A stretch of 64,000 nt of DNA from Oligoflexales bacterium. GTDB taxonomy: Bacteria > Bdellovibrionota_B > Oligoflexia > Oligoflexales > JALZUQ01. The notes under the pieces are model-generated. The model was given only the letters and a program-made list of their open reading frames with translations, did no database searches and was not told the origin of the DNA. The DNA lies in NCBI GenBank assembly GCA_041740975.1, contig JBGSKV010000088.1, forward strand, positions 33,734 to 97,733, read 5' to 3'. Positions 1 through 9,295 of this stretch are shown one piece after another (positions within the stretch are counted from its first letter, which is position 1; the number at the start of each line of letters is the position of its first letter). The position numbers and the translations under genes are program-made.

Positions 1-405
1 AAACTTTACATCATTCACTGAGGCCACATCAATAGTTTGAGTCCTACCCTTTGCTATAACGAGACACGCTTCATTCATATCCAATGGCAGTTCTAAGTTT
101 CGCGCAAAATTATTGGAAGTACCTAAGGGTATAATCCCTAACGTAATCTGATTATCGATAAGGGTATCCAAAAGTGCGTTCAAAGTCCCGTCACCACTGC
201 CAATGATGATATTCGAATAAGCAAAGTGCTTATCGTAAATTCGTTCTTTTAACTGCTCTAAGGATAGATGCGAAAAATCTTCGGTTTCCATACCCAACGC
301 TTGAAGATTGGTCAAAACTTGCTCGGACGCTTGCGCCCCGTTTCGCGCGAAACGATTGATATACAAAGCATACTGCTTTTGAGACTGGACTGCCGAATCT
401 TTCAT
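1..405 (-). CDS. Diacylglycerol kinase family lipid kinase (YegS/DAGK-like), runs off the window
   Basis: Manual translation from ATG at 405: MKDSAVQ...IIIGSGDGTLN...LGIIPLGTSNNFARNL; GxGDGT and PLGTxNxFAR are DAGK motifs. Not in the ORF track. Confidence 0.85.
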   Translation of the reverse strand, partial: MKDSAVQSQKQYALYINRFARNGAQASEQVLTNLQALGMETEDFSHLSLEQLKERIYDKHFAYSNIIIGSGDGTLNALLDTLIDNQITLGIIPLGTSNNFARNLELPLDMNEACLVIAKGRTQTIDVASVNDVKF

Positions 406-448
406 GAACGAAATGCTCCACAGAAACAATTTTCAAGACTATACATTA

Positions 449-1093
449 TTATTGAATCTGAGAAATAAAATCAGCGGTTGCTTGCGTGGATTTTTCCAAA
501 TCGACAATCAACTTAGCAATGCCAGCTTTGATAGAGTTTGTTTCTATCTGAAACGCACCCATTACTTTCGCATTGAGTTGGTGTTTTACATAGAGAACAT
601 GGTCATTCAATCGGACCAAGACTGGGTCCAAAGATTTTTCAGAATGATTAAGCGAAACCAGCATTGTATTGAATTTTTTAAGTGATTGCTCGCGTTTTGC
701 GAGGCTGTCGCGGCGCAGATCTTTATTGCCGATCTGCTCTGCTTCGCTCTTCCACTCGGCAAACAAATCATCACCGATCTGCTCGATTCTTCGAATCCGA
801 GTCTTCAGACCAGTCGCTTGTTCCCTGCTATCCGCAAGGTCATCTGCGATGTCGTCATAATAATTTTCAAGTTCTTGCGCGCCCGTGAAGTTATAGGTGG
901 CACGGATTTTATCAAGGGTAGATTTGAAATCCTCCTGGGCTTCCACCTGTTCATTTTTAACGGACACTAAATTGCTTTTTAAAATGTCGCGTTTCTCTTG
1001 ACCAAAGGTTTCCCAGAAGTTGTAATAGACAGTGGAACAGGATGTTAACATCGTCAGACTAACGATAACAAAAAAGCGCATAATATCCTTCAT
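449..1093 (-). CDS. DUF2959-family lipoprotein
   Basis: LTSC lipobox, then YY...E.FG.EKRDIL, LFAEW..E and YVKHQLNAK motifs; helical. Start moved to ATG 1093 (1081 also possible). Confidence 0.75.
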   Translation of the reverse strand: MKDIMRFFVIVSLTMLTSCSTVYYNFWETFGQEKRDILKSNLVSVKNEQVEAQEDFKSTLDKIRATYNFTGAQELENYYDDIADDLADSREQATGLKTRIRRIEQIGDDLFAEWKSEAEQIGNKDLRRDSLAKREQSLKKFNTMLVSLNHSEKSLDPVLVRLNDHVLYVKHQLNAKVMGAFQIETNSIKAGIAKLIVDLEKSTQATADFISQIQ

Positions 1094-1147
1094 AAACGAA
1101 TTGTGCCTTTTTTCGCTAAAGAATGTCTGACGATGCTGAAGCTTCAA

Positions 1148-1318
1148 CTAAACGACTCGGCGCGAGCTTCGTCCTAACAGCATCATGACTGCAAATGCGA
1201 TAAGACCGACAACAAACAGTATTTTGGCGATCCCGGCTGCGGTCCCTGCAATCCCACCAAACCCCAATACTCCTGCAATCAACGCGATAATCAAAAATGT
1301 AATGGCCCAGCTGAACAT
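1148..1318 (-). CDS. DUF1328 (UPF0391/YtjA-like) small membrane protein, 56 aa
   Basis: Manual translation [56 protein letters not shown]; AGGAG RBS upstream. Confidence 0.92.
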   Translation of the reverse strand: MFSWAITFLIIALIAGVLGFGGIAGTAAGIAKILFVVGLIAFAVMMLLGRSSRRVV

Positions 1319-1387
1319 AACGTATCTCCTTTAGACTTTTTCCGATCCATGAAACGCAAACCTCAATAGGTTCGCTCTCTAAAGTAA

Positions 1388-1404
1388 AGCAAGCTTGATG
1401 CCAA
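1388..1404 (-). promoter_or_regulatory. Sigma54 (-24/-12) promoter
   Basis: Minus strand TTGGCATCAAGCTTGCT = TGGCA-N6-TTGC with GG-N10-GC spacing, upstream of the DUF1328 gene. Confidence 0.65.
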
Positions 1405-1778
1405 CTACCGAAAATAGCTTTAAACTCACTGAATCAGCTCCTACGAGTTTTTTCTAAGAAATTTATAAGATATTGCAACGCGTTTGCATGAGTTCAAATA
1501 CAGACTTGCGCCAAAAGCGAAGGCGACGGCCTACGGTTACCATAGGAATTTATGCGGCTAGACCTCAGTAAATACACTAGCATCTGTTAGAAACTAGAAA
1601 AACCTTGCTATTCTAGTGGGCTATGTTAATACTGGGACAACCTACTTGGATGGTCAATTTCGACCGGCGTGCCCAGCTCAGGCTTCTTTAAATAAGACTA
1701 CATATTAGCACGCATAATTAACCCCGACTTTTAAAGTTGGAATGCGTGTTTTTTTATTTCACGCAAGAAAGATTACAA

Positions 1779-3329
1779 ATGACTACCGTTACTGATTTCA
1801 AGCAATTTGAATTGCCGGAGCTGATTATTGACGCTCTGAACCGGATGGAATTCCTCACTCCCACAGCCGTACAAGCCGGCTCGATACCACCCGCACTCGA
1901 AGGCCGCGATGTCCTCGCGACCGCACAAACGGGAACCGGAAAAACCGGGGCTTTTGCCATTCCGATGTTAACCAAAATTTTTAAAAATCCTGGGCAATGC
2001 GCCTTGGTCATGGCACCGACTAGGGAACTTGCGGGTCAAATTTTCAAAGTTTGCCAAGCCATCAGCAAAGACACCGACATTGAAGGTTGCTTGATTGTAG
2101 GTGGCGAATCTTTTAACCGCCAGGTTTCTAACATCCGTTCAGGTCCAGACTATATTATCGCGACACCTGGCCGTTTGAACGACCACTTGGATCAAAGGAC
2201 ACTTCGCCTCGGCAATGTTACGACATTGGTTTTGGACGAATGCGACCGCATGCTTGACATGGGTTTTGCTCCACAAATTAAACAGGTCTTGAAGAGCTTA
2301 CCTTCCCAGAAACAAACTCTTCTTTTCTCGGCTACTCTTCCTAAAGAAGTTTTGAGCCTTGTGAACGGTCTCTTGAAAGACCCGGTCAAGATTGACGTGC
2401 ATGCTTTAGATAAACCAGCTGAACGTATTGATGAACAGCACGTTCAAACGAGCCAGGACGGCAAGATTAATTTGTTACTCGAAGAGTTGACTCTGCGAGC
2501 AGGAAAAGTTTTGATTTTTACGCGTACGAAAGCCCGCACGGATCGCCTTGCCAAAGCTTTGAGTAAAAGCGGTCACAGTGTAGTTTACATGCATGGTGGT
2601 CGTACCAACGGACAGCGCAAAGATGCGCTTTCGAAGTACAAAGACGGTGCCGCACGCATTATGGTCGCGACAGACATTGCTGGGCGCGGGATTGATGTCG
2701 AAGACATTGAACAAGTTATCAATTATGACGTACCGATGACGCGTGAAGATTATATTCACCGTATTGGCAGAACAGCGCGATATGGAAAATCTGGTATTGC
2801 ATTAAGTTATGTAACACCGCAAGATCATCATTCAGACGCTGTTTTTAATATTAAGTCAACGCGTGCGCCAGGCCCGAGTATTTCCCGAAGTGGACCTTCT
2901 CGACCGCGTGCCGCGAGACCAAGTTCGTCAGGGCCACGTTTTTCACGGGGCGAATCTTCCGGTTCGCGTATGCCGAGAGGTGAATCCTCTGGCTCACGCA
3001 TGCCACGAAGTGAATCTTCAGGATCACGTTTCCCGCGCAGTGAATCTTCACGACCACGCTTTGCGCGCGGAGAATCAGCAAGACCAGTATTTGGTCGAGG
3101 TGATTCGAGCTCTCGTCCAACAAGAGGCGATGCGGGTCCACGATTTTCCCGTACAGAAGGCGGTAGCCGACCGCGTTTTTCGCGAGGCGGTTCGGCCGAA
3201 GCAGCCCCAACTTGGGGTGGTTCGTCGGAATCGCGCAGTCCACGTGGCGGAGCCTCTGGTCCCAGACCAAGTAGTAACATCAGCAGTCGACGTCCAGAAA
3301 AACGCCGTCGCCGTATCCGGACGCCTTAA
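1779..3329 (+). CDS. DEAD/DEAH-box RNA helicase (RhlE/DeaD-like) with Arg/Ser/Gly-rich repetitive tail
   Basis: Q motif, AQTGTGKT, PTRELA, TPGRL, DECD, SAT, AGRGID, HRIGRTAR. Likely ATG at 1779. Confidence 0.95.
   Translation: MTTVTDFKQFELPELIIDALNRMEFLTPTAVQAGSIPPALEGRDVLATAQTGTGKTGAFAIPMLTKIFKNPGQCALVMAPTRELAGQIFKVCQAISKDTDIEGCLIVGGESFNRQVSNIRSGPDYIIATPGRLNDHLDQRTLRLGNVTTLVLDECDRMLDMGFAPQIKQVLKSLPSQKQTLLFSATLPKEVLSLVNGLLKDPVKIDVHALDKPAERIDEQHVQTSQDGKINLLLEELTLRAGKVLIFTRTKARTDRLAKALSKSGHSVVYMHGGRTNGQRKDALSKYKDGAARIMVATDIAGRGIDVEDIEQVINYDVPMTREDYIHRIGRTARYGKSGIALSYVTPQDHHSDAVFNIKSTRAPGPSISRSGPSRPRAARPSSSGPRFSRGESSGSRMPRGESSGSRMPRSESSGSRFPRSESSRPRFARGESARPVFGRGDSSSRPTRGDAGPRFSRTEGGSRPRFSRGGSAEAAPTWGGSSESRSPRGGASGPRPSSNISSRRPEKRRRRIRTP
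2925..3190 (+). repeat. Coding tandem repeat, about 30-nt unit (SSG[PS]R[FM][SP]R[GS]E)
   Basis: SSGPRFSRGE/SSGSRMPRGE/SSGSRMPRSE/SSGSRFPRSE/SSRPRFARGE, then degenerate copies. Confidence 0.85.
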
Positions 3330-3359
3330 TCATGCGACGATCACTGTGGAGTGATCGAT

Positions 3360-3710
3360 ATGACAAAGACGTTTACGGTAATCGGTCTACTAATCGCTAG
3401 TAATGTATTTATGACCATCGCCTGGTATGGTCATCTCAAGTTTAAACATAAGCCACTGATGCTCGTAATTGTAGTGTCGTGGCTTATTGCTTTTTTCGAG
3501 TATTGTTTACAAGTTCCCGCCAATCGCATGGGACACGGAATTTTTACCGCCCCCCAACTGAAGATTATGCAAGAAGCGATTACGTTTGCTGTGTTTGCGA
3601 TTTTTAGTTGGATGTATCTGAAAGAACGGCCGACGATGTACGATCAGGCAGCTTTTTTACTAATCATTGCGGGCGTGGCGATTAGTCTATTGCAACCGAA
3701 GGCCGGTTAA
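3360..3710 (+). CDS. DMT superfamily small membrane protein (DUF486-like)
   Basis: SNVFMTIAWYGHLK, SWLIAFFEYCLQVPANR, QLKIMQEAIT motifs. Confidence 0.9.
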   Translation: MTKTFTVIGLLIASNVFMTIAWYGHLKFKHKPLMLVIVVSWLIAFFEYCLQVPANRMGHGIFTAPQLKIMQEAITFAVFAIFSWMYLKERPTMYDQAAFLLIIAGVAISLLQPKAG

Positions 3711-3752
3711 TCTTCTAATTGTAAAACAATAACAACAACCTACAAGGTTTCT

Positions 3753-3779
3753 TGAAGCTAGACCCAGTTCAGCCGATAA
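3753..3779 (+). promoter_or_regulatory. Sigma28/FliA-like promoter
   Basis: TGAAG-N14-GCCGATAA upstream of the 3829 CDS. Confidence 0.5.
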
Positions 3780-3828
3780 ATTCATTGAGGGTAGAATTTA
3801 TAATGTATTTCGGAGCTTTGATAGAACA

Positions 3829-4578
3829 TTGACGTTATCCATTTACATTAAAACATTCGTACTTTTCCTTATGCTCTCGACGCTGCATTTAACAACTATC
3901 GCCTGCAGCGTTAGCAGTGGAAACAGTTCGACTTCCGATACTGGCTCACCATTTGAAGCTGAGATACTGACACCCTGCGAAACACCAGACGGGGCGCCAT
4001 CAGAAATAAATTCTTTCGAAGACGTCGCAAATCTTATTAATCTTTTACCGAAACCTGTAACTTTAGTTTGCTTTCTCGAAGCGATCCCTCGCCCGCTGGA
4101 GATAAGCGCCACCGCCAGCCAACAAAGTGTTCAACCAGCGAATGGCAGAGAAAATCCGCGAATATTTTTATTTTCAAATTCGCTGGTCATGGCCTTCGCG
4201 ACTTTCGGAAAAGATCACGACACGAACGCACTTGAGTTAAGCCAGATGACTGGACCAGTCTCCGTTAAAGGCGAGGTTAGCTTTCCCGTAATGACTGACA
4301 TCACGGCGACCGATATCTATCAAAGTATTCGCCTAATCAGCGGCGGACCAGGCACACGATGTGCGCAATGTCACGGACAGGAAAATCCTGCTCCGTCACC
4401 GTTTCCTGCCAACACGTTTACGACCAATATTCGCAAACCGCCGAGTGGATTAGATGTTTCCATCGAGGCTCTTAATGACGAGTTGGAACTTTGTGGCGAT
4501 AGTCAGGACGAGCGCTGCCGGAGAATCAGAGCTGCACTTTCGCATGGTGATATTTGGTCGAGAATTTTTTCAAACTAA
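3829..4578 (+). CDS. Hypothetical lipoprotein with one CxxCH haem c motif
   Basis: TIAC lipobox; CAQCH. Confidence 0.65.
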   Translation: MTLSIYIKTFVLFLMLSTLHLTTIACSVSSGNSSTSDTGSPFEAEILTPCETPDGAPSEINSFEDVANLINLLPKPVTLVCFLEAIPRPLEISATASQQSVQPANGRENPRIFLFSNSLVMAFATFGKDHDTNALELSQMTGPVSVKGEVSFPVMTDITATDIYQSIRLISGGPGTRCAQCHGQENPAPSPFPANTFTTNIRKPPSGLDVSIEALNDELELCGDSQDERCRRIRAALSHGDIWSRIFSN

Positions 4579-5024
4579 AGTGGCGTAAAGACAAAAGGAT
4601 ATGTTATCGGCGTGTCTTTATCAGATGAATTTTTAGGAAACTTCCAAGCTTGCACTTTTGATTTTACACAGCTCGTCATTTCAGGCTCCTTGACTGTGTC
4701 TTCAATCACATTCACATTGCGAACTGTACCGGCTGGTGCGACGAACCATTTTAAAACTATTTTGCCTTTCGCTTTCGGCTTTTTTCCTAACAATTTATTA
4801 TAACAACCACGGATTTCACCCAAATGGCTTCGAATCGTCGCCATTGGATTGCTTTTATGGCAATCATCTACCCCAGGTACGCATTCCGGTATGGGAATAG
4901 GCGTTGTAATCCTTCTCGATGCAGGTTTTTTTGTGTCTTTTTCGTGAGGGCGCTGCCAGTCAGCAGCATGAACGGACTGGGAAAAAATAATCACGAAGAT
5001 CAATGATGGAATGAGTCTATGCAT
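4575..5024 (-). CDS. Secreted protein with AgmX/PglI (TonB-C-like) C-terminal domain
   Basis: Signal peptide; IRGCY...KGKIVLKW.V...G.V...SCV...V..WKFP...ITYPFVF. Confidence 0.8.
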   Translation of the reverse strand: MHRLIPSLIFVIIFSQSVHAADWQRPHEKDTKKPASRRITTPIPIPECVPGVDDCHKSNPMATIRSHLGEIRGCYNKLLGKKPKAKGKIVLKWFVAPAGTVRNVNVIEDTVKEPEMTSCVKSKVQAWKFPKNSSDKDTPITYPFVFTPL

Positions 5025-5892
5025 CTTCCCACTTCCCAAAATTACCCGCGCGAAAATCCGTAAAGGCTTGATCGATTTCTTCCATTGTATTCATAACGAA
5101 AGGTCCGCGCCCCACGACGGGTTCGTCGATCGGCTCGCCACTCAGTATTACGAACTCTGCCGAGTCTTTGGCTTCGACAAAAATGGTTTCACCTTTGGGA
5201 TTGAAGACCACCATCTCCGCATCGCCGATTTGCTTTTCATCATTAACTATCAAACTTCCCTTGCGCAGAAATAAAACGGTCGTCCAGTCTTCGGGAATTT
5301 CGAATTTCTGGAGGGCCTTGTTTTTGAGACTGACATCCCAAATATTTATTGGTGTAAAGGTTTTGGCTGGGCCAATCGTGTCAAAATAGGTTCCGGCAAT
5401 AACGCGGATGTAACTAGCCCCATCCGAAAGCGGTAGATTGGGGATTTGGGGTTCATGCAGATCCTGATAACGAGGGGCTGCGACTTTGTCGGCCTTGGGT
5501 AAATTCACCCAAAGCTGAATCATTTCAAAATTGCCGCCGCGTTTAGCATAGTTTTCACTGTGAAACTCTTCATGAATAATCCCGCGACCGGCGGTCATCC
5601 ACTGGACTCCTCCAGGTTCGATCACCCCACCGTTGCCAGCCGAATCCCGATGTTCCACTTCACCCGCGTAGACAAGTGTTATCGTTTCAAATCCTTTGTG
5701 TGGATGCGCACCCACTCCGTGACGTTTTGTAGTAGCGGGAAAAATTTGCGGCGCTGCGTAGTCCATGAGTAAAAACGGTGAAAGATTGGGGGCCACATTG
5801 TTATAGGAAAACATGGTTTGAACATAAAACCCATCACCTACCCAATGTTTCTGCGAAACCGATCTCGTTTGAAGAATTTTTTTGATGGCCAT
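5017..5892 (-). CDS. Pirin family protein
   Basis: PFLLMD, HPHKGFETIT, VQWMTAGRGIIHEE, QLWVNLP, GPFVMNT. Confidence 0.95.
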   Translation of the reverse strand: MAIKKILQTRSVSQKHWVGDGFYVQTMFSYNNVAPNLSPFLLMDYAAPQIFPATTKRHGVGAHPHKGFETITLVYAGEVEHRDSAGNGGVIEPGGVQWMTAGRGIIHEEFHSENYAKRGGNFEMIQLWVNLPKADKVAAPRYQDLHEPQIPNLPLSDGASYIRVIAGTYFDTIGPAKTFTPINIWDVSLKNKALQKFEIPEDWTTVLFLRKGSLIVNDEKQIGDAEMVVFNPKGETIFVEAKDSAEFVILSGEPIDEPVVGRGPFVMNTMEEIDQAFTDFRAGNFGKWEDA

Positions 5893-6113
5893 AGAAAGGT
5901 CCTACGAGTTACCCAGGCTTATTTCTGGGTGAGAAAATTATCCCATGAAAGAGGATGCCATGAAATGGGCTGATAGGTAAGAAAGGTTTTCTAATTAGAC
6001 CATATAACCACCTGCGATCACTAGACTTTTACACCTATCCATCATGTCTCCTCTCGAATCACCGATAGCAACTAGGTGTCGAGTGATTAAACTTTATTAG
6101 AGATAAAACCACA

Positions 6114-6614
6114 ATGAGAAGCCCCCACAGCTTATTCTTGGTATTTTTATGCTTGTTTAGCGCCTCTTGCGGTGATCAAGCTTCTATAAACCGAAATTCT
6201 AGCAACTCAGCTCCGGGCATTGATGCTGACGGGCGCATGGGCAATATCTACATTGGTTCTTGCCAAACTCACTCTGCAACTGACAACAGCATTATTGGCT
6301 GTCAAGAATGGCAAGTCATCGCTGAGAGACGAGACATGTACGGTAAAGTAATCGAACAATGCGAATCCCCTGCCAATGAAGCCGGCGCCAATTCACGGGA
6401 ACCGCAATGGGTTTATCAACCTTGTCCACGACCCGCAAATCGCGCCATCGGTGGTTGCGTATATCCTGCAATTGAACAGGTCTCAGGAGAAAAAGCTGGG
6501 GATTTGATTATTTGGCAGTATGTAGATGAGAGGGATTTTACGCAGGAACTTGTTTCGTCGCTCAAAGAAGCTTGTGAGAGTGCCGATAATAGCAGTGAAT
6601 TTATTCAGCCTTAA
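6114..6614 (+). CDS. Hypothetical Cys-containing lipoprotein
   Basis: SASC lipobox, several Cys; TCATG-N15-CCGATA upstream (6042-6067). Confidence 0.65.
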   Translation: MRSPHSLFLVFLCLFSASCGDQASINRNSSNSAPGIDADGRMGNIYIGSCQTHSATDNSIIGCQEWQVIAERRDMYGKVIEQCESPANEAGANSREPQWVYQPCPRPANRAIGGCVYPAIEQVSGEKAGDLIIWQYVDERDFTQELVSSLKEACESADNSSEFIQP

Positions 6615-6640
6615 CTCGACACTCTCAAACAAACTAAAAA

Positions 6641-7114
6641 TTACTCTTCCGTTGGCATTGTAGAGTCTTCAGTTGTCGTGTCAGCAGGTGCGGACTCTTC
6701 AGCTGGAGCAGATCTTGGAGCAGGATCACTTGGAGCAGATGGCTCAGAATCACTCAAGTAAGTTTTAGATACATATTCGCCTTCGCCAACTTTTACCCAA
6801 GAACCAGTGGATTCAAGTGCAGAAAGTTTTTCTTTGAATGTAGCAACGCGAACGATTCCGAAGCTCATGCCTGGACCGCTGCGAACATTTAAAAGACTAG
6901 TCGTAACGAATTTTGCGTCGCCCGTAGGTTCTGCAGTAACTGGCTCAGCAGCTGGAGTCTCTTTTTTATCCATATCTTCAACAACAGTTTGCGCTTCTGT
7001 AGTCTCAGTCGTAACTGTTTCCGTAACGACTTCTGTTGGCTGAGTTTCACCGTCAGAAGAACAACCTACTAAAGCCAACAAACCCATTAACAACGCTCCT
7101 AGAGCTACTTTCAT
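6641..7114 (-). CDS. Bacterial SH3-domain lipoprotein
   Basis: LVGC lipobox; LNVRSGPG...W.KV....YVS..YL; acidic/Pro-rich linkers. Confidence 0.85.
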   Translation of the reverse strand: MKVALGALLMGLLALVGCSSDGETQPTEVVTETVTTETTEAQTVVEDMDKKETPAAEPVTAEPTGDAKFVTTSLLNVRSGPGMSFGIVRVATFKEKLSALESTGSWVKVGEGEYVSKTYLSDSEPSAPSDPAPRSAPAEESAPADTTTEDSTMPTEE

Positions 7115-7330
7115 ATGATCTCTCCTTAAAAGTTTTAACTGCGAACCAGCCCAAATAAACTAGTTCCTATCGAAGGCATTAAGTTTAATGCTTCTCGATG
7201 GCGAGCGCAACAAAATCATAAGGGAATTTATGCATTTATCTGCAACTTTTCGCGACAGTTTGAGAAGATAAGACTGGATTATGCATGATTTGTGATTTTC
7301 ATCGAATATCTATACTTAAGCTCTGCAACA

Positions 7331-7888
7331 TTATTCCGGCAAGAAAACTAAGCTCAATACACCGTGGTATGGCTGGCTTCGATGCGACTGCAAATGTATC
7401 TCGTCGATGTGCACGCCCAAACTCGCCGCTGGGGTTTTTTGTAACGAGTTGAGTCTTTGCAATCCTGACTGTGAAAAAAGCATATTGCTCGGCTGCAAAA
7501 ACTTCGGTTTTTGATATCCATCCAGATGGGACTGATAAAACACTTTGTAGGGAATGGTCTGGCCATCCGCACTTCTTAAAATAAACGAGCCATCCTTGCC
7601 TTCGCCTTGAGCGCGAAGGTGATAAGTGCGAGCGTTGGTGCCATAATTTGTCGAAATCCCGAACTGATCTACGATCTTGATATCACCCGAAGTGTAAGAG
7701 TCAAAACTGTAGTCATGAAGAGCGAAAGCGTTATAAGGTCGGAATATCTTTGGAATGCTCAACGAAACGATTGATCTTCCAATGGATGTAACCCCTACCG
7801 AAGCTTCAGGCGTCGCAGAAGCTAAGGTCGTTAAACCAAAGAAAAATATGACTATCATGTGTACTCTACATCGCATGCCGTTTTCCAA
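7331..7888 (-). CDS. Orphan fimbrial subunit-like protein, paralogue of the pilins at 31621-33520
   Basis: Shares G.TS.G.S..S..IPK, ISTNYGT.ARTY and the C-terminal Y.G.L.LVF.PE with the cluster pilins. Start uncertain. Confidence 0.75.
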   Translation of the reverse strand: MENGMRCRVHMIVIFFFGLTTLASATPEASVGVTSIGRSIVSLSIPKIFRPYNAFALHDYSFDSYTSGDIKIVDQFGISTNYGTNARTYHLRAQGEGKDGSFILRSADGQTIPYKVFYQSHLDGYQKPKFLQPSNMLFSQSGLQRLNSLQKTPAASLGVHIDEIHLQSHRSQPYHGVLSLVFLPE

Positions 7889-7919
7889 ATGAGAAGGACC
7901 GAAGTCGCAACTCCATCAA

Positions 7920-7935
7920 TGCAAATTCATGGCCA
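7920..7935 (-). promoter_or_regulatory. Sigma54-like promoter of the orphan pilin
   Basis: Minus strand TGGCCATGAATTTGCA (GG-N10-GC). Confidence 0.5.
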
Positions 7936-8092
7936 TGAAAAATCACGGTAAAGTCCTGTGCAGGAAATCCCATGTCGACTGAGATACAAAAGTTCTAGGC
8001 CTCGAAAATTCTTGACTTATTCTGTAATAAATAGAATAAAAGGCGTTCTGCCGTTAGCTTGGAAAGCTGATTTTTAAAGGAGCGCGCGCATC

Positions 8093-9295
8093 ATGTCAAA
8101 GGTACTTATTATAGGTGCGGGAGCCGTAGGTTCAGTCACTGCACAAAAGTGTGGACAGTTTCCCGAAGTTTTTACAGATATCTGCATTGCTAGCCGCACG
8201 CTATCGAAATGCGAAGACATCAAAAAAAATATGAGCAAACATCCGAAAGTTTCCACTGCTAAAGTCGACGCGGATAATGCCGCCGAAGTGGCCGCTCTCA
8301 TTCGTTCTTATAAACCAAAGGTCGTGATCAACGTCGCCCTTCCTTACCAGGACTTGCCGATTATGGAAGCTTGCCTGGAAACGAAAACAGATTATATCGA
8401 TACCGCTTGTTACGAACCCATTGACGATAGCCGCTATTCGTACAAATGGCAGTGGGCCTATCATGACCGCTTCAAAGAAAAAGGGGTTATGGCCTTAACT
8501 GGCGCGGGTTTCGATCCGGGAGTGACCAATATTTTCTGCGCTTATGCTCGCAAACACATTGTCGACGAAATTCATTACTTAGATATTTTGGATTGTAATG
8601 CAGGTGATCATGGTTTGCCGTTTGCGACAAACTTTAATCCCGAAATTAACCTTCGTGAACTTGATGCGCCTGGTAAATATTACAAAGACGGTAAATGGAT
8701 TGAAATCCCGGCTATGTCCATCAAAAGAACTTTTGACTTCCCGGTGGCTGGTACCAAGGACATGTATTTAATTTATCATGAAGAGCTCGAAACGCTTACG
8801 AAGCACTTCGGCGAAATTAAACAAGCTCGCTTTTGGATGACCTTCTCGCAAAATTATATCAATCACTTGAACGCTTTCAAAAATGTTGGTTTGACGCGAA
8901 TTGACCCAATTGATTATCAAGGGCAAAAAATTGTGCCTATTCAGTTCTTGAAAGCTTTGTTGCCGGATCCAGCGACACTTGGCCCTCGCACAAAAGGCAA
9001 AACGAATATTGGCTGCATCATTGAAGGTCCGAAAGACGGCAAAATGAAGCGTACTTATATTTATCAGGTTTGCGATCACCAAGAAACCTATGCGGATGTG
9101 AAGATGCAAGCGGTCGCCTTTACGGCGGGCGTTCCGCCAGTCATTGCAGCAGAACTCATGCTCAACAAAACCTGGCACGAAGCCGGTGTTATGAACTGCG
9201 AGCAGATGAACCCCGACCCATACATGGAACTTATGGCGAAATACGGCCTGCCATGGCAACAAACGGAGTCCATCGATTTTGAATCTCGGGTTTGA
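8093..9295 (+). CDS. Carboxy(nor)spermidine synthase/dehydrogenase (saccharopine dehydrogenase family)
   Basis: GAGAVG, NVALPYQDL, GFDPGVTN, DCNAGDHG.PFATNFNPEINLRE; adjacent to nspC. Confidence 0.92.
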   Translation: MSKVLIIGAGAVGSVTAQKCGQFPEVFTDICIASRTLSKCEDIKKNMSKHPKVSTAKVDADNAAEVAALIRSYKPKVVINVALPYQDLPIMEACLETKTDYIDTACYEPIDDSRYSYKWQWAYHDRFKEKGVMALTGAGFDPGVTNIFCAYARKHIVDEIHYLDILDCNAGDHGLPFATNFNPEINLRELDAPGKYYKDGKWIEIPAMSIKRTFDFPVAGTKDMYLIYHEELETLTKHFGEIKQARFWMTFSQNYINHLNAFKNVGLTRIDPIDYQGQKIVPIQFLKALLPDPATLGPRTKGKTNIGCIIEGPKDGKMKRTYIYQVCDHQETYADVKMQAVAFTAGVPPVIAAELMLNKTWHEAGVMNCEQMNPDPYMELMAKYGLPWQQTESIDFESRV

